This document shows positions 26,299 through 40,033 of a stretch of 64,000 nucleotides of DNA, in pieces. The notes under the pieces were generated by a model. It saw only the letters and a program-made list of their open reading frames with translations, was not told the DNA's origin and did no database searches. The translations under genes were made by a program, and so were the position numbers. The stretch's first letter is position 1. Every line of letters starts with the position of its first letter. This stretch comes from Octopus vulgaris. Taxonomy: Eukaryota. Location: NCBI GenBank assembly GCA_951406725.2, contig OX597814.1:18476001-18540000 (forward strand), read 5' to 3'.

Positions 26299-27509
26299 AT
26301 GTAACACTAAATACTCATCATTTATTGACTTTATCTTGCACTTGCGCGTTGGACACAAAAACAAACGCATCACATATACAACAGCGTAGCCGGTAGAGAG
26401 TAATAGAGCGAATCTTTTATGGGGGCTCACTTTTCGGCTTGCTGTATAAAGCTATATAGGATGTATTGCCGAAAGAGCTAGACCAGATATCACACACTCT
26501 AGCTACGCCACCGCACATACAACTGTTATCATTGTGGCTCGAAGCATATGATAACTAATGTTATTACAGCAACAGTGCAACCATTTGTACTTATATCGTC
26601 ATCTCCTCTTAAAGCGCAACATGATGAAAAAAAATAATAACCCGAGGTTCACAGTTTTCTTTTACTTGAAGAAACCTCGAAGATACCAGTATGAATCGAT
26701 TAAATCTATTCCTTCACTTTTCTGCTCCGTTATTTTATAGACACCGGAAGAATGAAATATAAAGAACTTAATACCAGAGCATATTTAATCGAGCGAACTA
26801 AAAGTATATCAAGGTCAGATGCAATAATGATTTATTAATTGTTTCCGTTATGTTGCTATATGATATCAACTTTATTTCCTTGTATAAGTAGACGAACAGA
26901 GCTTTTTAAGAGTACTAACAAACAATGTAATGACTATAAACGAAAATCAAAACTGGGTTACGAAAAGCTTCATTTCGTCTCTTACTGCTACATCATATCA
27001 TACTTACAGTTTTCATATCACTTTCATTTACAACTGGCCCCATTCTGTCCAGGGGTGCAATGACATCGTGCGAGTACACATGTCTGATCCACCCTTGTGC
27101 TGTCCTGTCGATATTTACACAGTAAACATTAAAAACCATCGTGTCTGTGACTACTGCTTGTATTTGACTGGTGCACTGACAATCAAACCTCCCACTATTT
27201 TAGTTCCCAATTACATACATGCTCACACGCTCACGCACTCACATTTATACATATATAGATACGTATATACACGAATGAGGATGTGTGGGGTGCGTAGTTA
27301 TATAAATACGAATACATATTTGCAAATACGTAGTCACAGTTACACTCACACACAGCACGCACGTAAATACACACACACACACAAACACACACATATCTAC
27401 AGAGAATTAGAGAGAGAGGGAGAGAGAGGATTGAAAGACTGAGACCGAGGCAGAAGGATAGATATATGTGTGTGTGTTTTATACATTATATATATATATT
27501 ATATATGTA

Positions 27510-27628
<119 letters not shown>

Positions 27629-28518
27629 ATATATATTTATATAGATATGTATATATATATATATGTATATGCATGTATGTATGTGTGTATGTATATATGT
27701 CTAGCGTGAGAGAGAGAGAGAGAGAGAGATACATGTATTTAATTGTAGACACTGAAGCTCGCACATACATATATGCATAAAAATATAGTGTCTCATAAAA
27801 CCATTTACACTTAAATACATTAACTACACATAAGTATATGTGTATTTTCGTGTATAAATATTTCTCCAGTCAAAATTATTATTGGATTATATATACACTA
27901 TTTTCTGTCGGGCGAGCAAGCGAACTTCCTGTAATCTGGGTCCGTGACCTACTTTTGGTAAAAATATTGTTATTTATACGTCATTTGACTTTAGGATAGA
28001 CACGGATATGAAAACTTATTTTTTCTATTCCTTTTACAAGAACTCTCACACTTATGGGTTGTTATTGGAGTATGAAGAAAATTTCGATAAAGAGTAAAAT
28101 CTATTTGCTAAAGTCAAGTGGCGGTCCTGATTAAGATTTTCAGCCCCAGGAAAACATATTTTCCAGTTGGCTACAGACGCATAACTGCGTCCTTATAACT
28201 TGGACAAAGGAGCTAATGTCCCCACTCAACCTTAAACGGTACCTGCAGACCATGGTTTCTGAGGGTTTTTTTCTCTTCAACGGCATAGGATAACCGTTGG
28301 TTAGAGATGGCAGCAATAGGCCTTGTCAATAAAGAAATGATCTATCAATGCAACTTTCCGGTTGTAACATTCTAGTTCCTAAGTAGAGAACCTAAAATCT
28401 CTTCAAATTATACCATACCATCTTTAAAATGGCTGTATTGGATAACGTAAACTTACGCCTGAAACAATAATAGTAAACTGGTTACAGAGAGAGAGAGAGA
28501 GAGAGCGAGAGGGAGAGA

Positions 28519-28557
<39 letters not shown>

Positions 28558-29529
28558 TCATAGGCCACAGGTTTGATCGGTTAAAATTGACCTGAAATTA
28601 AATAAACAATTATATTAACACAACAATTTATCCACTAATGAATATTTATATGGATTTTAAATTTAGGCATATGGCCAGCAATTTTGGATAATGGGGCTAG
28701 TCGATTACATCGACCATAATACTCAACTGGTAATTATTCTATTGACCCCGAAATGGTGTAAAGCAAACTGGACCTCGGCGGTATTTGAGCTTTACAGAAA
28801 GTAAAGTCGGAAAAAAATGCCACTAAGCAATTTTTTCCGACCAGCTCGCCACCTTTAATAACGAATTGTCGTCACAGTACTCTATTGCACTATTGCACAA
28901 TATATTTAGCGTGTCTTGTCTCTTCGTGATCAAGACAAAAATCATTTGGTATTATTTCCCTGAAAGCCCTTACCAGAAATGTCATTACACATATCGGCCT
29001 ATCCAAATCATCGAGGCTTTCCAACATTATATCTTCGGTTTCAATCTCATTGCATGGGACCTCACTCTAGTGGCTTCTATCATAGCACTGGAAGAAATTT
29101 TGTTGAATGTGGTCAATGGCACCATGCTTGACTTTTGTGTTTGCATTTAATCTATGACCTTTTTAACACAGCACACCTGCTGTGGGTGTCTTTAGTCATT
29201 ATTCAATATAAATACCATAAAAGAAAGAAACACTGGGATATGTAATCCTAAATAGCCTGGAATGTTGTTGAATCAAGGTTGACTCGAGGCCTGACAACAA
29301 CAAATATTCGTATTTATTCAATCGAATTCCTACAAATAAAAACAAGAAGGAATGAGGATCACACAGTCCTGTCTTTAACATTTCCTAACAAACATAGGCT
29401 ATTTCTGCTCCGATAATCGCCGGCAAGATAAGCTGCTTGGGTCACACAATCACAGAGTGTGTATTCATGTGACTAGATCACATGTATTCCCAATAAAACT
29501 CCAAATGTGAAATATATAATCCAACAACG

Positions 29530-29738
29530 TTAGTGCGCCGGGTGAAATGTTTAGCAGTATTTCGTCTGTCGTTACGTTCTGAGTTCAAATTCCGCCGAGG
29601 TCGACTTTGCCTTTCATCCTTTCGGGATCGATAAATAAAGTACCAGTTTCACACTGGGGTCGATGTAATCGACTTAATCCCTTTGTCTGTCCTTGTTTGT
29701 CCCCTCTATGTTTAGCCCCTTGTGGGTAGTAAAGAAAT
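29530..29738 (+). mobile_element. SINE family A monomer, slightly 5'-truncated
   Basis: 18-bp TSD atatataatccaacaacg (29512-29529 / 29739-29756). Confidence 0.92.
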
Positions 29739-31005
29739 ATATATAATCCAACAACGAATGATAACTGTGGCTACGACGTCTGTGCTATCCGACTCGCTTG
29801 TTCTCTCAGTGGGGCATTTGTCAAATTTGTAAGCTGGATTTCTGGGCTGCTAGCAGAACATTACTTTGCCTGCCTGAACCTTAGAGCCGACTGCCGTAAG
29901 CGGTCACTATTCGCGAGGGACGTGGTGAACTGATTAGTTGGAGCCGGTTCAACCCACCGTGGGTGAATGCTGCTGTGAGTTAAGTGCATAACTTATCAAT
30001 ATTCCATTCATACCCAATTTCAACGCACAACTTGGAATTAGATCATTGATTTCAACTCCTATAAAAGAAATAAAAAAACAAGATGTGAAAATGGTAGTTT
30101 CAACGAGTAATCTCTGGAATGCACCAATCAGTTTATCACCGAAGCCAGCTTCAGCTTCTACTTTCATTTGCACTTCACAAACAGAACTCCACAAGAGACA
30201 AACTCATGGAATCACGACACAGCAAAATACAAAACCCTGGATCACAGAATCATTCGATTAGCAGATTTATGCAAATGCAAGTATGAGATTTGCGATTCTC
30301 TAAACTTTGTACGAGTGTTTAAAGGAATACTTGTATACCTCAATGTCTTCAACAACACACACCGCAAGCTAACATAGTAAATTCCACCAAGACGACCCTT
30401 ACAAAACAAACATAAAACCTCATATACGTGTGATGTCATCGTCGCCCCCCTACCGTTACATAGACATAGCTACAGAAAGACTCCAACGCGAAGTGAAGTA
30501 CATACATATATACCTGTCTCTAAACAAACAAATCTAAAAGTAGTACCTACGAAATCACCCGTCTTCATTCTTACAAACAGATTTAAGCAAGAAATAATAA
30601 CATAAACATACAGTAACACAGATGAACAGTAGAAGAAATTACCTACAACACCTACCAATGAATGCATGCACGGGATGCATACACGGGGTGCATGCAGAGT
30701 ATGCACAGCACATAATCAAAAGACCACACAGTCTTGCACATTACAACAAAGGACCTCACACTCTTTGCACATTTGTTTTGCAAATCAAAAATTACAACAC
30801 AATTATTAAAATATTACGTAACGAAATCCACCACGGATCACGCCATGACTGCTTTAGTTCTCAATTCTTCCAGCGTAAAAATACAACGCGTACAAAATAT
30901 GTGCGCGTGTATACGCACACCACATACTCGCTGTCTCTCTCTCTACTTCTTTCTTCCTCTCTCTCTCCCTCCCTCTCTCTCTCTATATATATATATGTAT
31001 TTATG

Positions 31006-31047
<42 letters not shown>

Positions 31048-31120
31048 ATAAAAATGGTAAGACAACAAAAGAAAGAAAGAGACTTCGATATTATGTAAAT
31101 AGAGAAATTTATCTGTATAC

Positions 31121-31174
<54 letters not shown>

Positions 31175-31212
31175 ATACATATATATATATATGTGTGTGT
31201 ATACATATATAG

Positions 31213-31244
<32 letters not shown>

Positions 31245-31601
31245 CCATATATATACATAATACACACGTATGCACATACACAGAGATAAACATATATATA
31301 TAGGGGCATATAAATATGTACGTCTATATATATACACGCTCACTTGTATTATATAAATGCATGTGCGCGTGAAAGTGCGTGTGGGAATCTCCCGGTGAGA
31401 ACAACGTAAGTGCGATCAGTATCAAAACAAAAAACGTTGTTACTGAACAACCGACAGGAAGAATTCTTTTTGCGTAGTGGAAGTCGGTGCAGAGCCCACG
31501 ACATTCTCACCTCCAAATTGTAATTTGAACCATGCATACAAACATACATACATACATACATACATACATACATACATACATACATACATACATACATACA
31601 A

Positions 31602-31690
<89 letters not shown>

Positions 31691-31709
31691 TGCATAAATC
31701 TACATATCG

Positions 31710-31755
<46 letters not shown>

Positions 31756-31850
31756 GTGTGTGTATATAAATATACGGCTGCTGCTGTTATATTTAGAGCC
31801 CCACGCAGTTTATTATGATCCAGTACTCTACGGCGTATGCCCATGTCCAC

Positions 31851-31921
31851 GAGCATATGGCGTAGTGGTTAAGAGCGCGGGATACTAACCCCAAGATTCC
31901 GAGTTCGATTCCAGGCCGCGG

Positions 31922-31925
<4 letters not shown>
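31851..31925 (+). mobile_element. Short tRNA-derived SINE head (family D) followed by ~310 bp of (AAT)n
   Basis: A box tggcgtagtgg, anticodon-arm-like gcgggatactaacccc and B box gagttcgattcc, with no pairable acceptor stem. The same head occurs at 38389. Confidence 0.8.
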
Positions 31926-32011
<86 letters not shown>

Positions 32012-32113
32012 TAATAATGATAATAATAATGATAATAATAAAAAGAATAATATTAATGATAATAAGAATAATATTAATGATAATAATAATAATAATAATA
32101 AGAAGAAGAATAA

Positions 32114-32146
<33 letters not shown>

Positions 32147-32166
32147 TGATGATGATAATAATGATG

Positions 32167-32233
<67 letters not shown>

Positions 32234-32238
32234 TAATA

Positions 32239-32400
32239 GGCGCAGGAGTGGCTGTGTGGTAAGTAGCATGCAAACCAACCACATGGTTGCGGGTTCAGTC
32301 CCACTGCGTGGCATCTTGGGCAAGTGTCTTCTACTATAGCCCCGGGCCGACCAATGCCTTGTGAGTGGATTTGGTAGACGAAAACTGAAAGAAGCCTGTC

Positions 32401-32438
<38 letters not shown>

Positions 32439-32511
32439 CAGCTTCTTTCAGTTTCCGACCAATGCCTTGTGAGTGGATTTGGTAGACGGAAACTGAAAGA
32501 AGCCTGTCGTA

Positions 32512-32576
<65 letters not shown>

Positions 32577-32812
32577 TTGTGTGTCTGTGTTTGGCCCCCT
32601 AACATTGCTTGACAACCGATGCTGGTGTGTTTACGTCCCCGTCACTTAGCGGTTCGGCAAAAGAGACCGATAGAATAAGTACTGGGCTTACAAAAAAGAA
32701 TAAGTCCCGGGGTCGATTTGCTCGACTAAAAAAGGCGGTGCTCCAGTATGGCCGCAGTCAAATGACTGAAACAAGTGAAAGAGTAAAAAGTAAAGAGTAA
32801 GAGTAAGAGTAA
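32239..32812 (+). mobile_element. SINE family B, full length with internal duplication
   Basis: Head ggcgcaggagtggctgtgtggtaag...gggttcagtcc, CORE-like cttgggcaagtgtctt, internal (TA)n(TG)n, tail ggcggtgctccag..tggccgcagtcaaatgactgaaac plus (gagtaa)n. Confidence 0.9.
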
Positions 32813-32942
32813 GACTGAAAGAAAAATCAATGAAATACAACGAAAATAAAACAATGAAGCAAATATATCGAAAAAACCAAAGAACAAATAATACACGAGC
32901 GGAACCCAAAAAAAAACGAAAAACGAAAAAACGAAAATAATA

Positions 32943-32997
<55 letters not shown>

Positions 32998-33342
32998 GCG
33001 GGAGATAAAGAATGAGTGAAGCAAAGAAACAGAAGAGCAAGAACTGAATGAATGAATGACTAAATAAGTAAATATTTTCGAAAGATACACCGTTTCAACA
33101 CTGTACGACGTGTAAACCCAGACTAAGTATGTGTGAACACAAACAAGTGGCAGAATAAATAGACAAACAAAACGTAAATGGAATATGGCACGTGAATATG
33201 GGAGTTGGCTTCACCATTCTTTGAGACGTGTCTCTTAAGGATGAGTTGGCTGGTGAGGTTAAAAGTCGTGTATACCTTATCTATTTAGTTGGCATTAAAG
33301 ATAATGCTACTTGGCAGGCTTTCAGGCGGAAACGCCTGGCAG

Positions 33343-33424
<82 letters not shown>

Positions 33425-34168
33425 GTATACATATATATATATACATATAAATATACATATACATAAATGCATGCATATATACATGCATATGTATAATATT
33501 TATGTATATACATACACACGCAAACACACACACTTACACATACAAACACACTCACGCACATATATGTATATATGTATATATTTGTGTGTGTGTGTGTGCG
33601 TGTACAATATGAAGTGTATGAGTGTATGTATTGATGTCTATGCTCGTGTGTGTATATATATATATTTACAAATTTAATATATATAAATATATATACATAA
33701 CTCTATCTCCATCTCAGTCTCTCTCTCTCTCGTTCCCTATATACATACATATGTGAGTGTACGTATGTATACATGTATGTGTAAGTATATCTAAACGTAA
33801 ATGTACGCATATATATTTCTATAAATGTATGCATGTATTTATGTAAATGTACATACATACACACATATATATATATATTTATTCATATAGGTATATCTGA
33901 AAAACTGGAAGATCCCCCAAAGAAGGAAAGCTATTGTTTAATTGTAAACACTCAGTGAATTAACTCCGTAGTTACTCAGAGTTTCACAAAATCACTCATG
34001 TAGACTGTATATCTTCGATCCTTTCTACGAAATTGTGAATGATCGGAAGCCCATGTCACGCGTGTGTGAGTGAGATTTTGAGAAATCTACGGACGGTGTT
34101 CTTACAGAAGTGTAAGTGTATAAGTGGTCCCTCTCTAGCTTTCTCTCATTCACACCCCCTCTCTCAAC

Positions 34169-34209
<41 letters not shown>

Positions 34210-34212
<3 letters not shown>

Positions 34213-34514
34213 AGGCGCAATGGCCTAGTGGTTAGGGCAGCGGACTCGCGGTCGCAGAATCGCGGTTTCGATTCTCAGACCGGGCGTTGTGAGTGTTTAT
34301 TGAGCGAAAACACCTAAAAGCTCCACGAGGCTCCGGCAGGGGGGGGGGGTGATCCCTGCTGTACTCTTTCACCACTCTTTCTCTCACTCTTTCGTCTGTT
34401 GGCCTGCTCGCTTAGCCAGCGGGGTGGCGTCATTCGAAGGCTAAAACAATGCGAACGTATTGTGACCAGCGATGTGTAACAACATCTGACGGTCTGGTCG
34501 GTCACGTGATCACG

Positions 34515-34518
<4 letters not shown>
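34210..34518 (+). mobile_element. SINE family C with tail type 2
   Basis: Family C head; tail ggcctgctcgcttagccagcggggtggcgtcattcgaagg...ggtctggtcggtcacgtgatcacgtgat. Confidence 0.9.
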
Positions 34519-34574
<56 letters not shown>

Positions 34575-34787
34575 CTTATAATCCTACTATACGTACAAGG
34601 CCTGAAACTTTGGGGAGAGGTATACTGGATTAGATCGCCTCCAGTATTCCACTGGTACTTATTTCATCGATTCCGAAAGAATGAAAGACAAAGACAACCA
34701 TGGATGAATTAGTTCTCAGAACAGAAAGACGAACGAAATGCCAGTTCGCCGCCTTGCATATATGTAATAAACTTTTCTAATCTACTT

Positions 34788-35233
34788 TTGGGGGAGGTGG
34801 CCACTCGATTAGATGGACTCCAGTATGCAAGTGGTACCTAATTTATCGATCCCGAAACGACAAACAAGCACAGACAAACGGATTAAGACGATTAGATCGA
34901 CCCCAGGGCGTAACTGGTACTTATTTAATCGACCCCGAAAGGAGGAAGGGCAAAGTCAACCTCGGCGGAATTTGAACTCAGAACGTAGACAGACGAAATA
35001 CCAATTTCTTTACTACCCACAAGGGGCTAAACACAGAGGAGATAAACAAGGACAGACAGACGGATTAAGTCGATTATATCGACCCCAGTGCGTAACTGCT
35101 ACTTAATTTATCGACCCCGAAATGATGAACGGCGAAGTTGACCTTTGCGGAATTTGAACACAGAACGTAACGGCAGACGAAATACTGCTAAGCATTTCGT
35201 CCAGCGTGCTAACGATTCTGCCAGCTCGCCGCC

Positions 35234-35234
<1 letters not shown>
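34788..35234 (-). mobile_element. SINE family A multimer
   Basis: Head at ~35234 and repeated body units with the gaaatacc|aatttctttactaccc junction at ~35002. Confidence 0.85.
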
Positions 35235-35270
<36 letters not shown>

Positions 35271-35628
35271 GAAGAGAAAAATAATAAGTTGATTTTGAAT
35301 CCGAAATTTTGGATAAAAAAATCAAGGTGAGTTTGCGTGGTCATGTGTCCGTTTGCTTTGAGCACGTGTGAGGAGATTTACATATACGAAAACAAAAAGA
35401 AATTATAAGATACTTCAAATGATATCCGATCACTTTCTTTAATATGATGTAAGCTTGTGAAACTTAGTATCCTATCTGTATTTTATTGTTGTGTTCCTCT
35501 CTGATAAGCAATGTAAGTAGGACGTAAATTGTATTCTACCCAGCGGTTTTTTTTTTTTGTTAGGCAGTATTAGTGGCGAATATTGGAAGCTGAGTTGTTT
35601 TTTTTTTCTTTTAATGTGATATTGTCAA

Positions 35629-36024
35629 GGCGAAGGAGTGGCTGTGTGGTAAATAGCTTGCTTACGAATCACATGGTTCCGGGTTCAGTCTCACTGCATG
35701 GCAACTTGGGCAAGTGTCTTCTACTATAGCCTCGGACAGACCAAAGCCTTGTGAGTGGATTTGGTAGACGGAAACTGAAAGAAGACCGTCCTATATATGT
35801 ATGTATGTATGTGTGTGTATAAGTTTGTGTGTCTGTGTTTGTTCTCCCCACCCCTTAACATCGCTTGACAACCGATGCTGGTGTGTTTACGTCCCCGTAA
35901 CTTAGCGCTCCGGCAAAAGAGACCCAATAGAATAAGTACTAGGCTTCCAAAGATTTGTTCGACTAAAGGCGGTGCTCCGGCATGGCCACAGTCAAATGAC
36001 AGAAACAAGTAAAAGAGTAAAGAG
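35629..36024 (+). mobile_element. SINE family B
   Basis: Full head to gagtaaagag tail. Confidence 0.9.
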
Positions 36025-36194
36025 TATTGCATATTTAAGAGAGCGCTTTGTTATTTGATTATTGTTTGTTGTAGATTCTGTAAATTAGTGTATATTTTTT
36101 ATGTAATCCTGGATGGTGCCTCGGCACCGTACGAACTGTGTGAGCTGGGTTATCTTATAGTGTAATATTATAACCTGAAATGAAAATGTCAAGC

Positions 36195-36608
36195 GGACAG
36201 AATCGTTAGCACACGGGGCAAACAACTTTTTATTTTCTTCAAGTTCTTAATTCAAATTCCACCGAGGTCGACTTTGCCTTTCATCCTTTCGGGGTCGATT
36301 AAATAAGTACCAGTTACGCACTGTGGTCGATATAAACGACTTAATCTGTTTGTCTGTCCTTGTTTCTCCCCACTATGTTTAGCCCCTTGTGGGTAGTAAA
36401 GAAATAAGAAACGTTATTACGCCGGGCGAAATGCTTAGCAGTATTTCGCCTGTCTTTACGCTCTGAGTTCAAATTCCGCCTAGGTCGACTTTGCCTTTCC
36501 CCCTTTCGGGGTCGATAAATTAAGTACAAGTTACGTACTGGGGGTCGATCTAATTGACTGGACCCCTTCCCAAAAATGTCGGGCCTTCTGCCTAGAGTAG
36601 AAAAGAAC
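36195..36608 (+). mobile_element. Two SINE family A units in tandem
   Basis: A unit with tail 1 (ending gtagtaaagaaata) is followed by a unit with tail 2 (ending gcctagagtagaaaagaa). Confidence 0.85.
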
Positions 36609-38298
36609 ATGTCATTGCCAGGCACTTTGGGCAAATATTATTTTCCGTAATCTCGGGTTGACCTTTTATACTATGGGTAAAATAAGCTAGACAGAAACTC
36701 TATAGAAAGTTCGTCGTCTGGATTGTACCCACAGTCTGAAGCTAAACCTTGTCACTGCCTCAATATATTTCAAATATACACATATCTCTGAATACTCAAC
36801 CATTTGTAAGCTAATTCAGTAGGCGATAATTGTTCGAACTCAATACTCATCGTAGAAAGTGATGGATATCCATCCATATCCAATACACAGGTTATGTTTT
36901 GTGCGTAGTTGTGATATTGTATTGAAAGTGATTTCCAATGGATGTTGCATGTGCTTAACGAGGTTATCCGTTGGACCGCATCCCACAGACGCCAACTTTC
37001 CTTTCATCTGTCCAGGCTCAATAAATTTCGAGTACTAGTGTCGATGTAATCGCCGACTCGTGCCATCAAATTTTCTGGCTATGCGCCTAAATTTGAATCA
37101 ATATTATAAAACGATGATGGATTGGAAAAAAATGTTAGAGCGTTGGAAAAATTATTTGCACTATGTGTTCCGGCTCTTTACGTTAACAGTTCAAATCTCG
37201 CTGAGGTCAACTTTGCTTTCATACCTCTGGAGGCGATAAAATAAACTATCGTCAATTATTAGAGTCGATGTGACTGAATAACTCTTCCCATTAAAACCGC
37301 TGGCCTTGTTCTTTGTATTTTTATCTTTATTTTTGTTTGTTGGTTATTTTCTGTCGGTATTTTATGTTCAACAGTAATTTTTTTGCATGATTACCGCAGG
37401 GAAAAATACTGTTTCTTTTCTTTTTTTAGAATTTCTCATGAAAATTTTACTGTGTGATTGAATATAACCGAGAGCTAAAAGCAGAACTGTCACGAAATAA
37501 GTTAAATGCTTAAACATATTCGAAAAGTAACCGTATACAACATGCATAGGTTTTAAAGGTAACCACCTCAGAAAAAGCAAGAGGACGATGGGGTTACCAA
37601 AGTAGTGGTTGCAGAAGCCCCCAAAAAGCACAATGCCAAATAAATTTCAGACGAAAGTTTATGTCGTTTGAATAATATTTCAGCAAATTCTTTTTGTTCC
37701 AAGTTTTAGTGCGCTTGTAGTTATCTTACAGTTTCTACCTTTTACTGTTGTATCTTGTAGAAAGTGTGTGATATTTTTCGAAACAATGATTTTGCTGTAA
37801 GTTTCATCATCTTTATATGGAATGCCAAATATGTTTCCATTACATGGGAAAATGCGAGCATCAAAAGTCATATTGTTAAGATTATAAACCTGGAAAAGTA
37901 CAGGACAAGTTATTACAATTGTAAAAGTATGACAAGCTGTTACTTCTAGTAATGTAAAGAATAAGGAAATTTTTACTTAAAATACTGCACAAAAGAATGC
38001 CATTTCTTCTAATTTATCACTCTTTACAGTTCTCATCTTTTAAATTTATTGTACAAAACTGTTCAGCTAATTTGTAAGTTTGTCTAATTCGTCGCTTTTT
38101 TCTGTATTTAAGGAAGTAAAATAGCCAAATTCTACTTTAAAAAGTAATGTTATTTGTAAACTATAATGAAATATTTTAAGTAAAAGGTTTCTTATTCTTT
38201 ACTTTACTAGGAGTAATAGCTTGTCCTATACTTTTGCATTTGTAATAACTTGTCCTCTACTTTTCAAGGTTTATAATCTTAAGAATATGACTTTTCAT

Positions 38299-38494
38299 AC
38301 ATTATTTACATTCGACAGATATTTGTCCTCATCTTATTTATTGTTAAGAAGGCTGATATATACTCTCCAGCCTTCTTCAGGTGTCTTGGGGCATATGGCG
38401 TAGTGGTTAAGAGCGCGGGCTACTAACCCCAAGAGTTAGATTCCGATCAGTGACCTGAACAATAACAATAATAATAATAATAATACTAATAATG

Positions 38495-38543
<49 letters not shown>

Positions 38544-38704
38544 TAATGGAGTGGCTGTGTGGTAAGTAGCTTGCTAACCAACCACATGGTTCCGGGTTCA
38601 GTCCCACTGCGTGGCATCTTGGGCAAGTGTCTTCTGCTATAGCCCCGGGTCGACCAATGCCTTGTGAGTGGATTTGGTAGACGGAAACTGAAAGAAGCCT
38701 GTCG

Positions 38705-38788
<84 letters not shown>

Positions 38789-38981
38789 TCCCCCTAGCAT
38801 TGCTTGACAAAAGATGCTGGTGTGTTTACGTCCCCGTCACTTAGCGGTTCGGCAAAAGAGACCGATAGAATAAGTACTAGGCTTACAAAGAATAAGTCCC
38901 GGGGTCGAGTTGCTCGACTAAAGGCGGTGCTCCAGCATGGCCGCAGTCAAATGACTGAAACAAGTAAAAGAGTAAAAGAGA

Positions 38982-39020
<39 letters not shown>

Positions 39021-39203
39021 GCATCGAAAAATACCTTAGGAATGAGAACCTAGGTTTGAAATTTCCCCAAGACACCCGAAGAAGGCAGGAGGGAATATCA
39101 GCCGAAACGGTGTGTTAACAACAAACAAGATGAGGACAAATATCCGTCGAATGCAAATAATGTAAATAATGTACATAATTCCTCATCTCTTAAATATAGA
39201 ACT
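38299..39203 (+). mobile_element. Composite: inverted tail fragment + family D tRNA head + (AAT)n [with nested SINE B] + Penelope-like hammerhead-bearing tail
   Basis: Perfect 14-bp TSD atatgacttttcat (38285-38298 / 39204-39217). 38299-38391 is the diverged reverse complement of 39065-39163. A hammerhead-like motif lies at 39071-39116. Confidence 0.8.
38548..38983 (+). mobile_element. SINE family B nested in (AAT)n
   Basis: Near-consensus family B copy with AAT repeats on both sides. Confidence 0.9.
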
Positions 39204-40033
39204 ATATGACTTTTCATGCTCGCATTTTTCCATGTAATCCATGATTTTTCCAGGCTTTGCTGTTACAAGATAATTAATAATGTGTCAATTAATAATGTAA
39301 GATTTTATCTTATAAAATACTGAAAGATTATATTTCAATTTTCCCATATAAGTGATGAGAATATTTCAATTTTTCTTTCCTGTTTACTTTAAATATATGT
39401 TGTGATTGAATTATTTGACATAACTCATCCACACCAAATTCATGGCAGAGATTTCTACCATGTTGTTGGTTGCACCATGGCTCACCAGAAGTTACAAACA
39501 ACAAGACTCCAAATCCATCAGCTACCAGACTCACCTTAAGTATCCTAATTTTGCAATATTAGGAGGTCACAGGAATTCTTTCAACGAAAAACAATTTCCA
39601 ATGATTCCGGACTTGGGGTGGGGGACCTACTTCATTTTTTACGAACCGCAAAAAGTCGTTTTTGTTTTTTCTTAGTGAAAATTGTACAGATGTTAATATA
39701 AAAACTTGACCATAATGTTGTTGTTATTTAGCCTCAAACGTATCATCACAGACATTCCAGTCTTCAGCAAACCGTCTTTTTAGGGATAATCTTGGACACT
39801 ACATACAATGGGCGTGTGATTTAAGGAGGGGGATACGTTGGCTGCTATTTTTAGCGTGTCGAACGACCAAGTAGAGGCACTTTCATTGGTTCGATTGCGT
39901 GATGAGATTTTTTTACACACATATATATGTATATATATCCTCAGCAGAAGTTAGAGAGTAAATCAATAGCTGGGAGTTTCGTGTATTGGCACTTATCAAA
40001 CACGAATTTGTCCATTGTCACTCTGTAGCTTCC

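Noticed and set aside
26380-26515. Degenerate gcgtagc...gctacgc inverted ends (possible hAT-type MITE)
   Set aside because: The left end is too decayed and no TSD was found.
31851-31925. Possible functional tRNA gene (also the family C heads)
   Set aside because: A and B boxes are present, but the acceptor stem cannot pair and the sequence runs into SINE tails or repeats.
37680-37871. Non-repetitive 63-aa minus-strand ORF
   Set aside because: No recognisable motif or convincing splice signals; the length is within chance expectation.
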